A stretch of 64,000 bases of DNA, from NCBI GenBank assembly GCA_963744715.1, contig CAVUUR010000006.1, positions 177,558 through 241,557 of the forward strand, written 5' to 3'. Position 1 is the first letter of the stretch, and every line of letters begins with the position of its first letter. Below are positions 30,270-41,018 of this stretch, in pieces. Position numbers and translations under genes: made by a program. A model generated the notes under the pieces. The model was not told the DNA's origin, did no database searches, and saw only the letters and a list, made by a program, of their open reading frames with translations. This DNA is from an uncultured bacterium. Its GTDB lineage: Bacteria; Babelota; Babeliae; Babelales; JACPOV01.

Positions 30270-32453
30270 CTACAGTTCTTTAATACCTCCTCCTTGACAA
30301 GCAAGTTGATCAATAATCAGCGTAAGCTTTGCTACGCGATAAAGATGATCATACGAAATCGGCGGAGTAAATGAACTGTCCTTAAGATTATTAAAAAATG
30401 TTGTTATTAATGATTCATGACCTTTATCGGAAACGTGTTTCGACTCATTAAATGATGATGCCAATCCAAAACCTTGTAAGGTTTTGTAATCATCCATCAC
30501 AATTGATTTTGAATCAAAAAATAATTCCATCCGCTCTTTGCCAAGCCCAGCATGACCTAAAGCTGTATAGAGTAATGTGCATACTGAACCATCGGCAAAA
30601 CTAAGTTGTACTGAAAAATTATCGGTAGGGAAAAGATCATCGTGACTCGGTTTGAGTGATTCAACTGACACAGCAGTAGCATACGAATCAGTTAAAAAAT
30701 AAAAAAGATCAATAATATGGCACGCTTCTCCGATAATTCTGCCAGCACCAATTTCTGTTTGTATCCAATGATCTCGTGATATAAATCCCGCATTCATTCG
30801 ATAAAAAATCATTAACGGTGACGTTCTTTGTGTAATGACTGTTTTAATCTTTTTAATACAGGGAGCAAAAGATCTATTATAATCAACGCAAAATGGAATC
30901 ATCGGATGTTGTTGCAAAAATGCATACAAACGATCCAATTGTTCAAAATCGGTAACCATCGGTTTTTCTAAAAAAACAGCCTTCCCATGCTTTAATGCGG
31001 TCAGTGCTTGATCACAATGATATTTATGAGGAGATGAAATAATAACCGCATCAACCAAATTTTCATTAAATAACGCATCATCTTCCGTTAGTGCCCTACT
31101 CGCTTGATATAATTTTGAAATAGTTAAGGATGTGGCAACGTTAGCATCAACAATTGCATTAATTTTAACGTTATCAATGCGAGAAACGATCGGCATTAAT
31201 TTAACTTTTGCAAAACCACCGGCACCAATAACGCCAACTCGAATCGTACCACCATGCATTGCCGGAATAAAACGAGGTGGTGTTTCTTCATCATTTTGAT
31301 GGGCATCATTATGCTGTACCGCACCAATTTTTGGTTTTTCGATATGTTCTTGATAAGAGATAAGTGCCGCTAATGCTTGTTGTTCTTTAATAGCAGCGTA
31401 TGCAGATTCCACATTATCAACGTCAAAACAATCTGGAATTAGGGTATCAACAATAATCTTTTTTTGTTCAAGCAATGTTACAAATGCCTGCATGTTACGA
31501 TTTTCTGTCCAACGAACATATGCATAAGGATAATCAATTCCTTGTTGTTCATAAGAACTATCATAGCGGCCGGGGCCATACGAACAAGAAATGAGCAGAT
31601 CGATCTCTTTTTGATACAAAGGACTCCGCTCAAGTCCCAATCCTACATCACCAACTACCACAACCTTGCCTTTTTTGCGCGTTATTTCCATTGCTTGTTG
31701 CATAATATCATTAGTTTTTGATGCAGCAGTAACGATAGTAACATCGACACCGTAATGATTAGTGTGGGTTGCTAGTTGCTCAATTACTGAACTCGTTTTA
31801 GCATTAATAACAAAATCAGCACCATGCTGTTTTGCTAGAGTTAAACGATCTTCTAATAGATCAATGCCTATTACGGTTGCTCCTGATAATTTTGCAAGTT
31901 GTACGGTAAGTTGCCCAAGTAATCCTAATCCTAAAACACATACCGTTTCGCCCAATTGCACAGAAGCTCGGCGTAATCCTTGTAATGCAATAGCGCCTAA
32001 GGTCGATACACTTGCATGCTTAAGTAACGATTCATCACGTACGTGAGCAACCAAATTTTCTGGCACACACACCATTGACGCATGGTTGGCAAATCCAGCA
32101 CCGGCGCAAGCCACAAAATCACCCGGTCTAAAACGATTTACTTTACTACCCACTGCAATAACTTTGCCCGAACAAGAATAACCGAGCATCTGCAAAGAGC
32201 CTTGCATTTTTTCTCGTATTAATGCTCTTGTTCCTTCAAGGCCGTTATGCGTAAGCGATTCTAATACTTTGGCTATTTTTTCTGGTATTTTATGCAATAA
32301 AGAACCTGATTGCGCATTATTAATGGTCGCCTGTTCCGTTCCCGGACTAATACATGAATAATGAACAGCAACGAGAACCATCTGCTTATCCAATATTGGT
32401 TGACAAACTTCTTTTATGCGCACTAAACCGTTTTCTAAAAATACTTGTCTCAT
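30270..32453 (-). CDS. bi-domain oxidoreductase (Zn-ADH-like plus Gfo/Idh/MocA)
   Basis: ISPGTE, LGYS..G, GLGLLG, SYGPGRYD..YE..G.DYP..YVRWTE.RN, GAGGF, EKP, GEACH..D. Confidence 0.93.
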   Translation of the reverse strand: MRQVFLENGLVRIKEVCQPILDKQMVLVAVHYSCISPGTEQATINNAQSGSLLHKIPEKIAKVLESLTHNGLEGTRALIREKMQGSLQMLGYSCSGKVIAVGSKVNRFRPGDFVACAGAGFANHASMVCVPENLVAHVRDESLLKHASVSTLGAIALQGLRRASVQLGETVCVLGLGLLGQLTVQLAKLSGATVIGIDLLEDRLTLAKQHGADFVINAKTSSVIEQLATHTNHYGVDVTIVTAASKTNDIMQQAMEITRKKGKVVVVGDVGLGLERSPLYQKEIDLLISCSYGPGRYDSSYEQQGIDYPYAYVRWTENRNMQAFVTLLEQKKIIVDTLIPDCFDVDNVESAYAAIKEQQALAALISYQEHIEKPKIGAVQHNDAHQNDEETPPRFIPAMHGGTIRVGVIGAGGFAKVKLMPIVSRIDNVKINAIVDANVATSLTISKLYQASRALTEDDALFNENLVDAVIISSPHKYHCDQALTALKHGKAVFLEKPMVTDFEQLDRLYAFLQQHPMIPFCVDYNRSFAPCIKKIKTVITQRTSPLMIFYRMNAGFISRDHWIQTEIGAGRIIGEACHIIDLFYFLTDSYATAVSVESLKPSHDDLFPTDNFSVQLSFADGSVCTLLYTALGHAGLGKERMELFFDSKSIVMDDYKTLQGFGLASSFNESKHVSDKGHESLITTFFNNLKDSSFTPPISYDHLYRVAKLTLIIDQLACQGGGIKEL

Positions 32454-32464
32454 GCATACTCCTT

Positions 32465-33778
32465 TTAATCTTGATTTATGGTAGGCATATGATAATAAGC
32501 ATTGCTCGCTGGCCAGAACACATGTTCTTGTTCTTCTTGATGTTTATGTTGTTCATATAAAAGTCCGCACACATCAATAACAATTTTATCATTAATCTCA
32601 TACGTATTAAGAGTTTTAAATAGGCGATGATTAACTAAACACACAATAATATCTGCTTGCTCCACTGCGTAGGCAAAAGGAACGGTTTGTTTATTAAGTT
32701 TGGAAATAATTATTTTTTCATCAACGTGCGGTTCGCAGAGTAAAAGGTCTATTGCATTATTTTTTAATAATTGCTCGGCAATTTCTAATGCAGGAGATTC
32801 TCGAATATCATCGATATCAGGTTTATAGGCCAGACCAAGTAAACTTACTTTACATACGCCAGCATGTTGTTGTTGCCATTTTTTAACATGTTCGTATATC
32901 GATGCTACAACCTGTTGGGGTTTTTCATCGTTAATTATGCGAGCTGCTTTTAATAACACCGTTTGCTCAGGAAATGTTTCAATTAAAAACCAAGGATCAA
33001 CCGCAATGCAATGCCCTCCAACGCCTGCTGAAGGTTGCAAAATATTCACGCGAGGATGTTTATTTGCTAATTCTATAATTTCAAAAGGATTTAAATGTAA
33101 TTGATATGCCATTGCTGCAACTTGATGCGCAAAAGCAATATTAACATCACGAAAACTATTTTCTACTAATTTGATCATTTCTGCTGTTGCTGCATTGGTT
33201 AAATAAAGAGGTCCTTTAACAAAATATTTGTATAATATTTTTGCTCGTTGCATCGATTCTTGATTAATTCCTCCTATAATGCGCGCATTATAGGTTAATT
33301 CTCTAAAGATATTTCCCGGCAAAACTCGCTCAGGGCAATGTGCAACAAAAAAATCTTCACCGGCTTTGAATCCAGTTTTTTCTTCAATGCGCTCAGAAAG
33401 TTTTTGTGTTGTACCAACGGGCACCGTTGACTCGAGAATAACAACGTTGCCTTGGGTAATTACCTGCGTTATTAAATCTACCGCATGCCAAACATAAGAA
33501 AGATCCGCCGTTTTATCATTATTAAATGGGGTCGGAACAGCAATAAGAAAATAATCGGCAGGCTCTATGGTATTAGTGGCATAGAATTTTTTTGTTGAAA
33601 GAACCTGTTGTAATTTGTCAAAAATTTCAGGCTCTTGAATTACCGGATCCGATTGATTAATCCGGTCAACCCTTTGCTTATCGATGTCAAAACCAATAAC
33701 GTCAAGACCTTGCTGTGCTGCAACAATAGCCGTAGGCAATCCTATATATCCTAACCCTAAAATACATACTTTTTTCAT
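32465..33778 (-). CDS. wecC: UDP-N-acetyl-D-mannosamine dehydrogenase
   Basis: GLGYIGLP, VPTP, ESTVPVGTT, PERVLPG, KLVEN..RDVNIAF, GVGGHC, GLAYKPD.DD.RESP. Confidence 0.9.
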   Translation of the reverse strand: MKKVCILGLGYIGLPTAIVAAQQGLDVIGFDIDKQRVDRINQSDPVIQEPEIFDKLQQVLSTKKFYATNTIEPADYFLIAVPTPFNNDKTADLSYVWHAVDLITQVITQGNVVILESTVPVGTTQKLSERIEEKTGFKAGEDFFVAHCPERVLPGNIFRELTYNARIIGGINQESMQRAKILYKYFVKGPLYLTNAATAEMIKLVENSFRDVNIAFAHQVAAMAYQLHLNPFEIIELANKHPRVNILQPSAGVGGHCIAVDPWFLIETFPEQTVLLKAARIINDEKPQQVVASIYEHVKKWQQQHAGVCKVSLLGLAYKPDIDDIRESPALEIAEQLLKNNAIDLLLCEPHVDEKIIISKLNKQTVPFAYAVEQADIIVCLVNHRLFKTLNTYEINDKIVIDVCGLLYEQHKHQEEQEHVFWPASNAYYHMPTINQD

Positions 33779-33799
33779 TACAAACCCTTTTTTTATGTA

Positions 33800-34981
33800 T
33801 CATCTCATTATTTCTTTAGCTGGTTTTACGGATATCATGTGCTGATACTGATCATTTAAATAATTATCGATATGGCAAACAATTTTATCAGCAGCATAAC
33901 CATCACCATACACTGAATTTTTTTTTCTTGTTGCATGATCTTTATTGTATAATGTTTCCATAGCATCCAAAATAACAGCACTATCGGTTCCGGCTAAATG
34001 GCCAAGCCCTTCCCATATTCCCTCAGCGCGTTCTGTTTCATTACGTAAAATTAATACATGCTTTCCTATGCTGATTGCTTCTTCATAAATACCTCCTGAA
34101 TCAGTTGCAACCCACTCGGCATTGAGTAGTAGATAAATAAGATTTTTATATAACAATGGTTTAAACATTATAATATTTTTTGTTGCACCTATATTTATTT
34201 GTTCGATTACCTGCACAACGTGAGGATTGGGATGATAAGGATAAACAATTACAACATCATCATGCTGTTGTGCAAATTTTTGCATTGCCGTCAGAATATT
34301 AGCAATGCCACCATTGAATGATTCGCGTCGATGTGCTGTTAAAAGAATTAATTTTTTCTTATTAATCATACATTCTTGAACTAATGAATAAATATCATGA
34401 TCTATTGCTATATCCCGCGTAGCAATTTTTTCTTGCATAATACGAAGCATGTCAACCACCGTGTTGCCACTATGTATAATACTATTGCGGTCAATATTTT
34501 CCGATAATAAATTACCAATTGCTAACGCAGTTGGCGCATAATGGAAAGAACTAATCATACTTACAAAACGCCTATTCATTTCTTCAGGAAATGGTCTTTT
34601 AATAGTTTCCGTACGCAATCCGGCCTCAACATGACCAATCGGAATATTTAAATAAAATGCAGCTAACGCACCGGCCATGGTCGAGGTTGTATCTCCTTGC
34701 ACTAAAACAAGTGATGGTTCTATTGTTACAAAAATATTTTTTATTTTTTCAAGAATTGTCGTTGTTACATGAAATAAATCCTGACCATGTTGCATAATGT
34801 TAAGTTCTATGTCCGGATTTACATTAAACAAATCAAATACATCAGAAAGTAATTGCTTGTGTTGCGTAGTGGAACAGATGAGAACAGGAATATGTGCCAT
34901 TTTTAAGCAAAAATAGATAGGCAACATCTTAATGCCCTCGGGGCGCGTTCCAATAATCAGAATAACTGGTTTTTTAATCAT
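33800..34981 (-). CDS. wecB: UDP-N-acetylglucosamine 2-epimerase (non-hydrolysing)
   Basis: GTRPE.IK, QGDT, HVEAGLR, PFPEE.NR, TAHRRES, TDSGG..EE, YGDG. Confidence 0.95.
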   Translation of the reverse strand: MIKKPVILIIGTRPEGIKMLPIYFCLKMAHIPVLICSTTQHKQLLSDVFDLFNVNPDIELNIMQHGQDLFHVTTTILEKIKNIFVTIEPSLVLVQGDTTSTMAGALAAFYLNIPIGHVEAGLRTETIKRPFPEEMNRRFVSMISSFHYAPTALAIGNLLSENIDRNSIIHSGNTVVDMLRIMQEKIATRDIAIDHDIYSLVQECMINKKKLILLTAHRRESFNGGIANILTAMQKFAQQHDDVVIVYPYHPNPHVVQVIEQINIGATKNIIMFKPLLYKNLIYLLLNAEWVATDSGGIYEEAISIGKHVLILRNETERAEGIWEGLGHLAGTDSAVILDAMETLYNKDHATRKKNSVYGDGYAADKIVCHIDNYLNDQYQHMISVKPAKEIMR

Positions 34982-35324
34982 ACACTCTCCGCTTATAATA
35001 CATTACAAGCAATGAGTAAGAAGATATCAGATATGATAGCCTTGGCAAGAACGTTTCATTTTTTTCTAAAATAATAGTATAATTAATTATTAGTTTTCTG
35101 ATATATAGTAAAAATATGCAATAATAAAAAAATTGATCTAAAAAAAGTTAAAAATAACGCTCTATTTTGCTTTTCTAAAAAAACTTGTAATACTCTGATA
35201 ATACTTTAGGATAAAATAGTATACTTATACTGTTCTCTTAATCAGTAAAATATTACAATTTGAGACAATAAATGTTACTATATAATAGAAATCAATATTC
35301 ATTAGAATTGTTTTATGGAAAAAA

Positions 35325-36473
35325 ATGACAAAAGTTTTAATTTTTACGAGTTATGGTGGCGGTGGGCACATTTCTGCTTCGAATGCCATTGCTGATTACC
35401 TTAAGGAATCTTACGAAGTAACCATAGTACCCATTTTCGCAACTCCTTTTAAGCAATTAGACCCTGTGCGTTTTATTACCTTTAAAAAATACAATGCAGA
35501 GGATGCCTATAATTATTTTCTTAGGAAACGTTGGATTCGCCTTTTAAATCTTACGTGCACGTTGGCATTAAAATCTGTTCCCTTTATAACAAATACCTTA
35601 GAAAAGGTTCTTATCGATCATATAAAAAAACATAATCCGGATTTAATCATTTCGGTAATTCCTATTGTTAACAATGTTGTGGCACAAGCCGCTAAACAGT
35701 GTAATATACCCTTTTTAATTATTCCAACTGATCTTGATACAACAACATTTATTAAGGGGCTTACTATCAAAGAACATGATGATTTTTTTATAGGATTTGC
35801 ATTTGACGATCCCGATTTGTTGCAAATCGCAAACAATGTTAAAATACCTCGATCAAAAGTTGGCATTACCGGATTTCCTTTACGAAGGTCTTTTTTTGAA
35901 CCAAAAAATAAACAGGCCATTAAAGAACATTTTTCTATCCCTTCAAACAAACCGGTAATTCTACTATTAATGGGAGCCGTCGGTTCTCAGGCAATTTATC
36001 GTTATGTAAAAGCAATGGCAACTATTGATATGTCTTTTCATCTCATTGTCTGCTTGGGAAGAAATGAGGGATTGCGTAAAAGGATTGAAGCAATTCCATT
36101 AAAATCTACCGCTTCTCTATCAATTTTTGGTTTTACCGAACATATTGCAGATCTTATGGCCGTATCCGATTTTTGCATTGCAAAACCTGGTTCAGTAAGT
36201 GTTTGTGAAGCAATTTACATGAACTTACCGTTAATTTTAGATGCAACGTCAAAAAGTTTATTGTGGGAAAATTTTAATTTACTGTTCATACAACGACACT
36301 CTTTTGGTAACATTGTTAAAAAAAATAATCAAATACAATCAATGATTGTTAAGTATTTAAAAGATCCTTCCTATGTCGCTGAGTTAAAAACCAATTTAAA
36401 AGCATTCAGAAAAGAACGCTTTAATAATCATATAAAATCGTTAGTTGAAACAATGCTAAAAAGGGATATGTAA
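35325..36473 (+). CDS. diacylglycerol glycosyltransferase (MGDG synthase/UgtP-like, GT28)
   Basis: S.GGGH.SA, TD, TG.P.R..F, MGAVG, GFT....LM..SD..I.KPG..S..EA. Confidence 0.8.
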   Translation: MTKVLIFTSYGGGGHISASNAIADYLKESYEVTIVPIFATPFKQLDPVRFITFKKYNAEDAYNYFLRKRWIRLLNLTCTLALKSVPFITNTLEKVLIDHIKKHNPDLIISVIPIVNNVVAQAAKQCNIPFLIIPTDLDTTTFIKGLTIKEHDDFFIGFAFDDPDLLQIANNVKIPRSKVGITGFPLRRSFFEPKNKQAIKEHFSIPSNKPVILLLMGAVGSQAIYRYVKAMATIDMSFHLIVCLGRNEGLRKRIEAIPLKSTASLSIFGFTEHIADLMAVSDFCIAKPGSVSVCEAIYMNLPLILDATSKSLLWENFNLLFIQRHSFGNIVKKNNQIQSMIVKYLKDPSYVAELKTNLKAFRKERFNNHIKSLVETMLKRDM

Positions 36474-36475
36474 CT

Positions 36476-36799
36476 ATGCAAAAAAGCATTGCTATGTTCT
36501 ATGTGCCAACTGGATCATTGCAAGAAGCAGAAGTTATTGTTCAACAATTGTTGCAAAAAAGATTGATAGCCTGCGCTCAAATTATGCCGGCAACTAGTTT
36601 TTATTGGTGGCAAGGAACTATCAATCAATCACCAGAGCAGATTATTATTGCGAAAACTATTCCTGAAAAAAATGTATTAGTAACGGAACACATTAAAAAA
36701 ATACACTCATATACAACGCCATGCATCGCAACGTTTGTGGTGATGGTTAATGATGATTATTATCAATGGGTTATACATGAACTTGAGCAATCCCAATAG
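36476..36799 (+). CDS. cutA: divalent-cation tolerance protein CutA
   Basis: LIACAQI, S.YWWQG, KT, HSY.TPCI, Y..W. Confidence 0.92.
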   Translation: MQKSIAMFYVPTGSLQEAEVIVQQLLQKRLIACAQIMPATSFYWWQGTINQSPEQIIIAKTIPEKNVLVTEHIKKIHSYTTPCIATFVVMVNDDYYQWVIHELEQSQ

Positions 36800-37631
36800 T
36801 ATTTCAAATAACCATTCATTAGATAGTCCAACAATAGAAGGCTTTCAAAAAACAATTTGGCATTATTTTAATACTCATGGCCGCGTTTTTGATTGGCGAA
36901 AAACTAGCGATCCGTATCATATCGTTGTTTCAGAAATTATGTTACAACAAACACAAACGTTTCGCGTTGCAGAAAAATTTTCAGCATTTATTGCTCGATT
37001 TCCCGATTTTAAAACGTTAGCGCATGCTCATTTTCGTGATGTGCTCTTTTATTGGCAGGGCTTAGGATATAACCGACGTTGTTTGGCTTTACATGCATTG
37101 GCACAAAAAGTAGTTAATCAATATAATAGTACACTTCCCGATAATCCGGACATATTAATTACCTTTCCCGGCATAGGTAAAGCAACGGCCGCCTCAGTTT
37201 GCGCATTCGCATTTAATCAACCAACTATTTTTATTGAAACCAATATTCGTAGCGTGTATATTCATTTCTTTTTTCAACACAAAAACGCCGTAACCGATAA
37301 AGAATTATATCCACTCGTTGCGCAAACAGTGGATCATACTAACCCAAGAAACTGGTATTATGCACTTATGGATTATGGCGTAATGCTCAAAAAAAAATAT
37401 CCTAACCCCAGCAGAAAAAGTGCCCACCATAATCAACAAAGTAAATTTGAAGGATCGGATAGACAAATTCGTGGGCAGATTCTCAAAGCATTAACCCATT
37501 ACCCTGCATTAACGTGCGAACAATTATTGGATATTACTCAACGCGAACCGGATCGTGTAACAAAAATTATCGATGATTTATGCAAAGAAGGTTTTATCAA
37601 ACAACGTGATAATCACTATTCGCTGACATAA
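36777..37631 (+). CDS. mutY: A/G-specific adenine glycosylase (short MutY-like, no Fe-S cysteines)
   Basis: WR.T.DPY.I.VSEIMLQQTQ, WQGLGYNRR, HhH PGIG..TA, ALMDYG, QSKFEGSDRQIRG. Confidence 0.88.
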   Translation: MNLSNPNSISNNHSLDSPTIEGFQKTIWHYFNTHGRVFDWRKTSDPYHIVVSEIMLQQTQTFRVAEKFSAFIARFPDFKTLAHAHFRDVLFYWQGLGYNRRCLALHALAQKVVNQYNSTLPDNPDILITFPGIGKATAASVCAFAFNQPTIFIETNIRSVYIHFFFQHKNAVTDKELYPLVAQTVDHTNPRNWYYALMDYGVMLKKKYPNPSRKSAHHNQQSKFEGSDRQIRGQILKALTHYPALTCEQLLDITQREPDRVTKIIDDLCKEGFIKQRDNHYSLT

Positions 37632-37637
37632 TTATGA

Positions 37638-39409
37638 TTATTCTTTACTAAAGCCCTCAAGAGGTGGAAATTCAACATCAAAATATCCTTTGGCCATATA
37701 ATTTTCAACCAATTCTTTTCCCGATCTTGCAACAAACCCTCGATGATACCATTGTCCGTTAGTAGAATCTATGATATAAGTAAAAAGACCGGTATCAAAT
37801 GAATTATCTTGATAAATAATCGCACCAGGAAGGGTAATAAGATGATCCTTTTTCCCCCCATTTGCCTACTTGGTGTTGTTGCTTGCTTACCCCATTGCTG
37901 TACATAGGTATCAACATCTGGCGAAAATCCATGAACGAGAATAGTTTTTGTGCGTTCACTATCAATGGTATATTTTTTATTTTCTGGGTCAGTATAACCT
38001 TGCTTTTGCAATGCTGATAGTGGATCGGTTAACCACCGAGTAACCCATGGAGTATAGGAAGGTTTGCCGGAAATAGTTAGTTGATTTTCCGTATCGGTCT
38101 TAAAAAGTTTGATAACAACGTTATTCTTAACGTCATTAATAGTTATATAATCTTCAGTTTCTTTATTACTTTCATCGACAAACTCTTGTTCCTCTTCCTC
38201 GCAAACATTATCAATCAAATCTTCTTTCTGATGAAATTTTTCCTTACTCTCTTGTAATGGCAAGAATTGTTTTTTATTTTTTTTCTTTTGCTTTGCGCTG
38301 CTAGTTTTTTGTTTTAATAAATCGGGAAGCCATTCTTGATTTTCACCCCTTGCAAGCGCATTAGATTCGTCCCGCAATAATGATTCTGGTAAGACTGCTG
38401 TGTCAGGAGAACCAGTTTCAACGTTAAATTTTTTTAAATAAGCGAGAACCTTAACATTTTTGTTATCTGCTTTACGTTCAATATCTATGGTACTCTTAAT
38501 TTCTTTATAGAGCTCTCCATAATATTTATTAAATTTATCTTTATTTTCCTGATATTTTTGTACTAAAACTTTGAGATTTCTAATGTACGTATGAAGATTT
38601 TCATCGTCTGCAACATTAAAGCCTTCACGTGATGACTCCTCTAATAGATTAGCAGTATACTGATTTATGCATTCTACGCCACACTTGAGACCTATCAAAA
38701 ATTCATTTAATTTTGTATTCTGTTTTGAAAAAATACTATTATACGATTTACCAATTTCACGCATAGAATTGAATAAATTTGATACGTTCGTTTCATTAAT
38801 TTTAGTAGCTTGCTTCATATTCATATTGTACTGAAAAGTTTGTGCCATTCTTTTGATTTCTTTGTTTGCACTGTACTTATACTGCTCAATAAATCTCTGT
38901 GTATGTTCATTATTTTGCGCCGTCAAATTGCTATGTGCAAGTTCATAAACACTCTCATTTTCAGGTTGTGAAGGGGGTTTTACATTTGAAAACACTGACA
39001 TAAAAAGAGAAGAATTTCTTATGACAGCCGCAACAGCCTCTGGCGTTTTCATAGATAAATAGCAAAAATCTAAAGGTTCTTTAAACCCACTTACTACAGT
39101 CTCTCCTTTCAAAATAAAAGATGATTTACTTATTTTTTGACAATGTTCTTCGCTTTGAACATATCCTTGTATCTGATTAATAAATGTATCTTGTATCAAA
39201 AAACCATTAGCAGCTTTTTGTAAGGTTTTTAAATATTCTTCAGATTTCATTGATGGAGAATATCCACATAATGTTTTAATATCAACCGGAACACTTTTCT
39301 TCTTTTTATTTTTCGCTTGCACGGTTTTTGGTGTAATTTCTGAAAGTTCCATCGAAAATAATAAAGGTTGCAATAAAAAAGTACTCAGTAATAATAATGA
39401 TAATTTCAT
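37638..39409 (-). CDS. large exported hypothetical protein; apparent frameshift ~37850 hides a C-terminal GLFTYIIDSTNGQWYHR segment
   Basis: Signal peptide MKLSLLLL; track ORF ends 37769 but the shifted frame continues to TAA at 37638-37640. Confidence 0.65.
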
Positions 39410-39700
39410 AATTAAATAACTTTCATAGAAAAAATAATATTGATAAATTAGCCCTATAATCAATATTAATACAAAAATGAAAAATTACAAATGCATTGGG
39501 TATGCTTGCGAAAATCACTCAATTATAAATTTAACAAGCATATCACTGTGTCAAAAAAATCATAATTGAATCATATTTTAATTTTTAACCTATCTTAATA
39601 AAATTTATTTACCAAGATATTAACCTATTTTTGTTGTATACTTTTTATTATTCTGGTTTAAAAAAATATCAATAATAGCCAAGCCCCAATAGGATTATGT

Positions 39701-40936
39701 ATGAATACATTACAACATATTGATCATGAATTATGGCTCATTATAGAACAGGAAAAAATTCGAGAACAAACAACCATAAATTTAATTGCGTCAGAAAATT
39801 ACGTTCATCCCGCTGTGTTAGAAGCTACTGGCTCAATTTTGACTAATAAGTATGCCGAAGGCTATCCAAATAAACGATATTATGCCGGATGCCAAATAGT
39901 TGATAAAGCAGAATTGCTAGCGCAACAACGTTGCCAACAATTATTTAATGCAGAACATGTTAATGTACAACCACATGCCGGATCACAAGCAAATTTTGCC
40001 GTGTATTATGCTGCACTTAATCCAGGCGACACTATTATGGGCATGAGCTTATCAGAAGGAGGACATTTAACACATGGTCATGCGGTTAATGCCTCCGGTA
40101 CATTTTTCAAAAGCATTCAATATGCGGTGGATAAAAATACTGAGCAACTTGATTATGATGCTATTGAACAGTTAGCCCATCAACATAAACCAAAATTAAT
40201 TATTGCAGGAGCCTCCGCATATTCGCGCACGATTGATTTTAATCGATTTTCAAGCATTGCTAAAAATGTAGGTGCTTTTTTTATGGCAGATATAGCACAC
40301 ATTGCAGGCCTTGTTGCTACAAATCTACATCCCTCGCCAGTACCGGTTGCTGATTTTGTCACGAGTACTACCCATAAAACATTGCGTGGGCCACGAGGCG
40401 GTTTGATTATGTGTAAAAAACAACATGCATCAATAATTGATCGTGCAATTATGCCGGGAACGCAAGGCGGACCCTTTATGCACATCATCGCTGCAAAAGC
40501 TGTTGCCTTTAAATTAGCACAAGAACCTGCATTTATAGAATATCAAAAACAGGTTATTGAGAATGCTCAAACAATGGTACAAGAATTTAAAAATCTTGGT
40601 TATCGCATCGTTGCTGATGGTACCGATACCCATTTATTTGTCATTGATTTACGTTCAAAACAATTAAACGGTAAAATAGCACAAGAAGTGCTTGACACTA
40701 TTGGTATTACAGCCAGTAGAAGCTGTGTTCCTTTTGATACGCAACCGCCATGGATAACCAGTGGCATACGATTCGGAACACCAGCCATAACAACGCGCGG
40801 CATGAAAAAAGATGCTGTTATTGCTATCGCTCACGTTATTCATGAAGCATTACACAATATTGAGAATTCAAAAAAATTAGCGGTACTAAAACATGAAGTA
40901 GAACAATTGGCTAAAAAATTTCCAATCTATGCATAA
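39701..40936 (+). CDS. glyA: serine hydroxymethyltransferase
   Basis: LIASEN, NKYAEGYP, GGHLTHG, TTHKTLRGPRGG, SGIRFGTPA.TTRG. Confidence 0.98.
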   Translation: MNTLQHIDHELWLIIEQEKIREQTTINLIASENYVHPAVLEATGSILTNKYAEGYPNKRYYAGCQIVDKAELLAQQRCQQLFNAEHVNVQPHAGSQANFAVYYAALNPGDTIMGMSLSEGGHLTHGHAVNASGTFFKSIQYAVDKNTEQLDYDAIEQLAHQHKPKLIIAGASAYSRTIDFNRFSSIAKNVGAFFMADIAHIAGLVATNLHPSPVPVADFVTSTTHKTLRGPRGGLIMCKKQHASIIDRAIMPGTQGGPFMHIIAAKAVAFKLAQEPAFIEYQKQVIENAQTMVQEFKNLGYRIVADGTDTHLFVIDLRSKQLNGKIAQEVLDTIGITASRSCVPFDTQPPWITSGIRFGTPAITTRGMKKDAVIAIAHVIHEALHNIENSKKLAVLKHEVEQLAKKFPIYA

Positions 40937-41018
40937 TTGTTGCGACACATTTTTTCTTTTTTTGCTATATACTTGATCACAACATATACTACCTACCTTT
41001 ATAATCATCTGGAAATGT

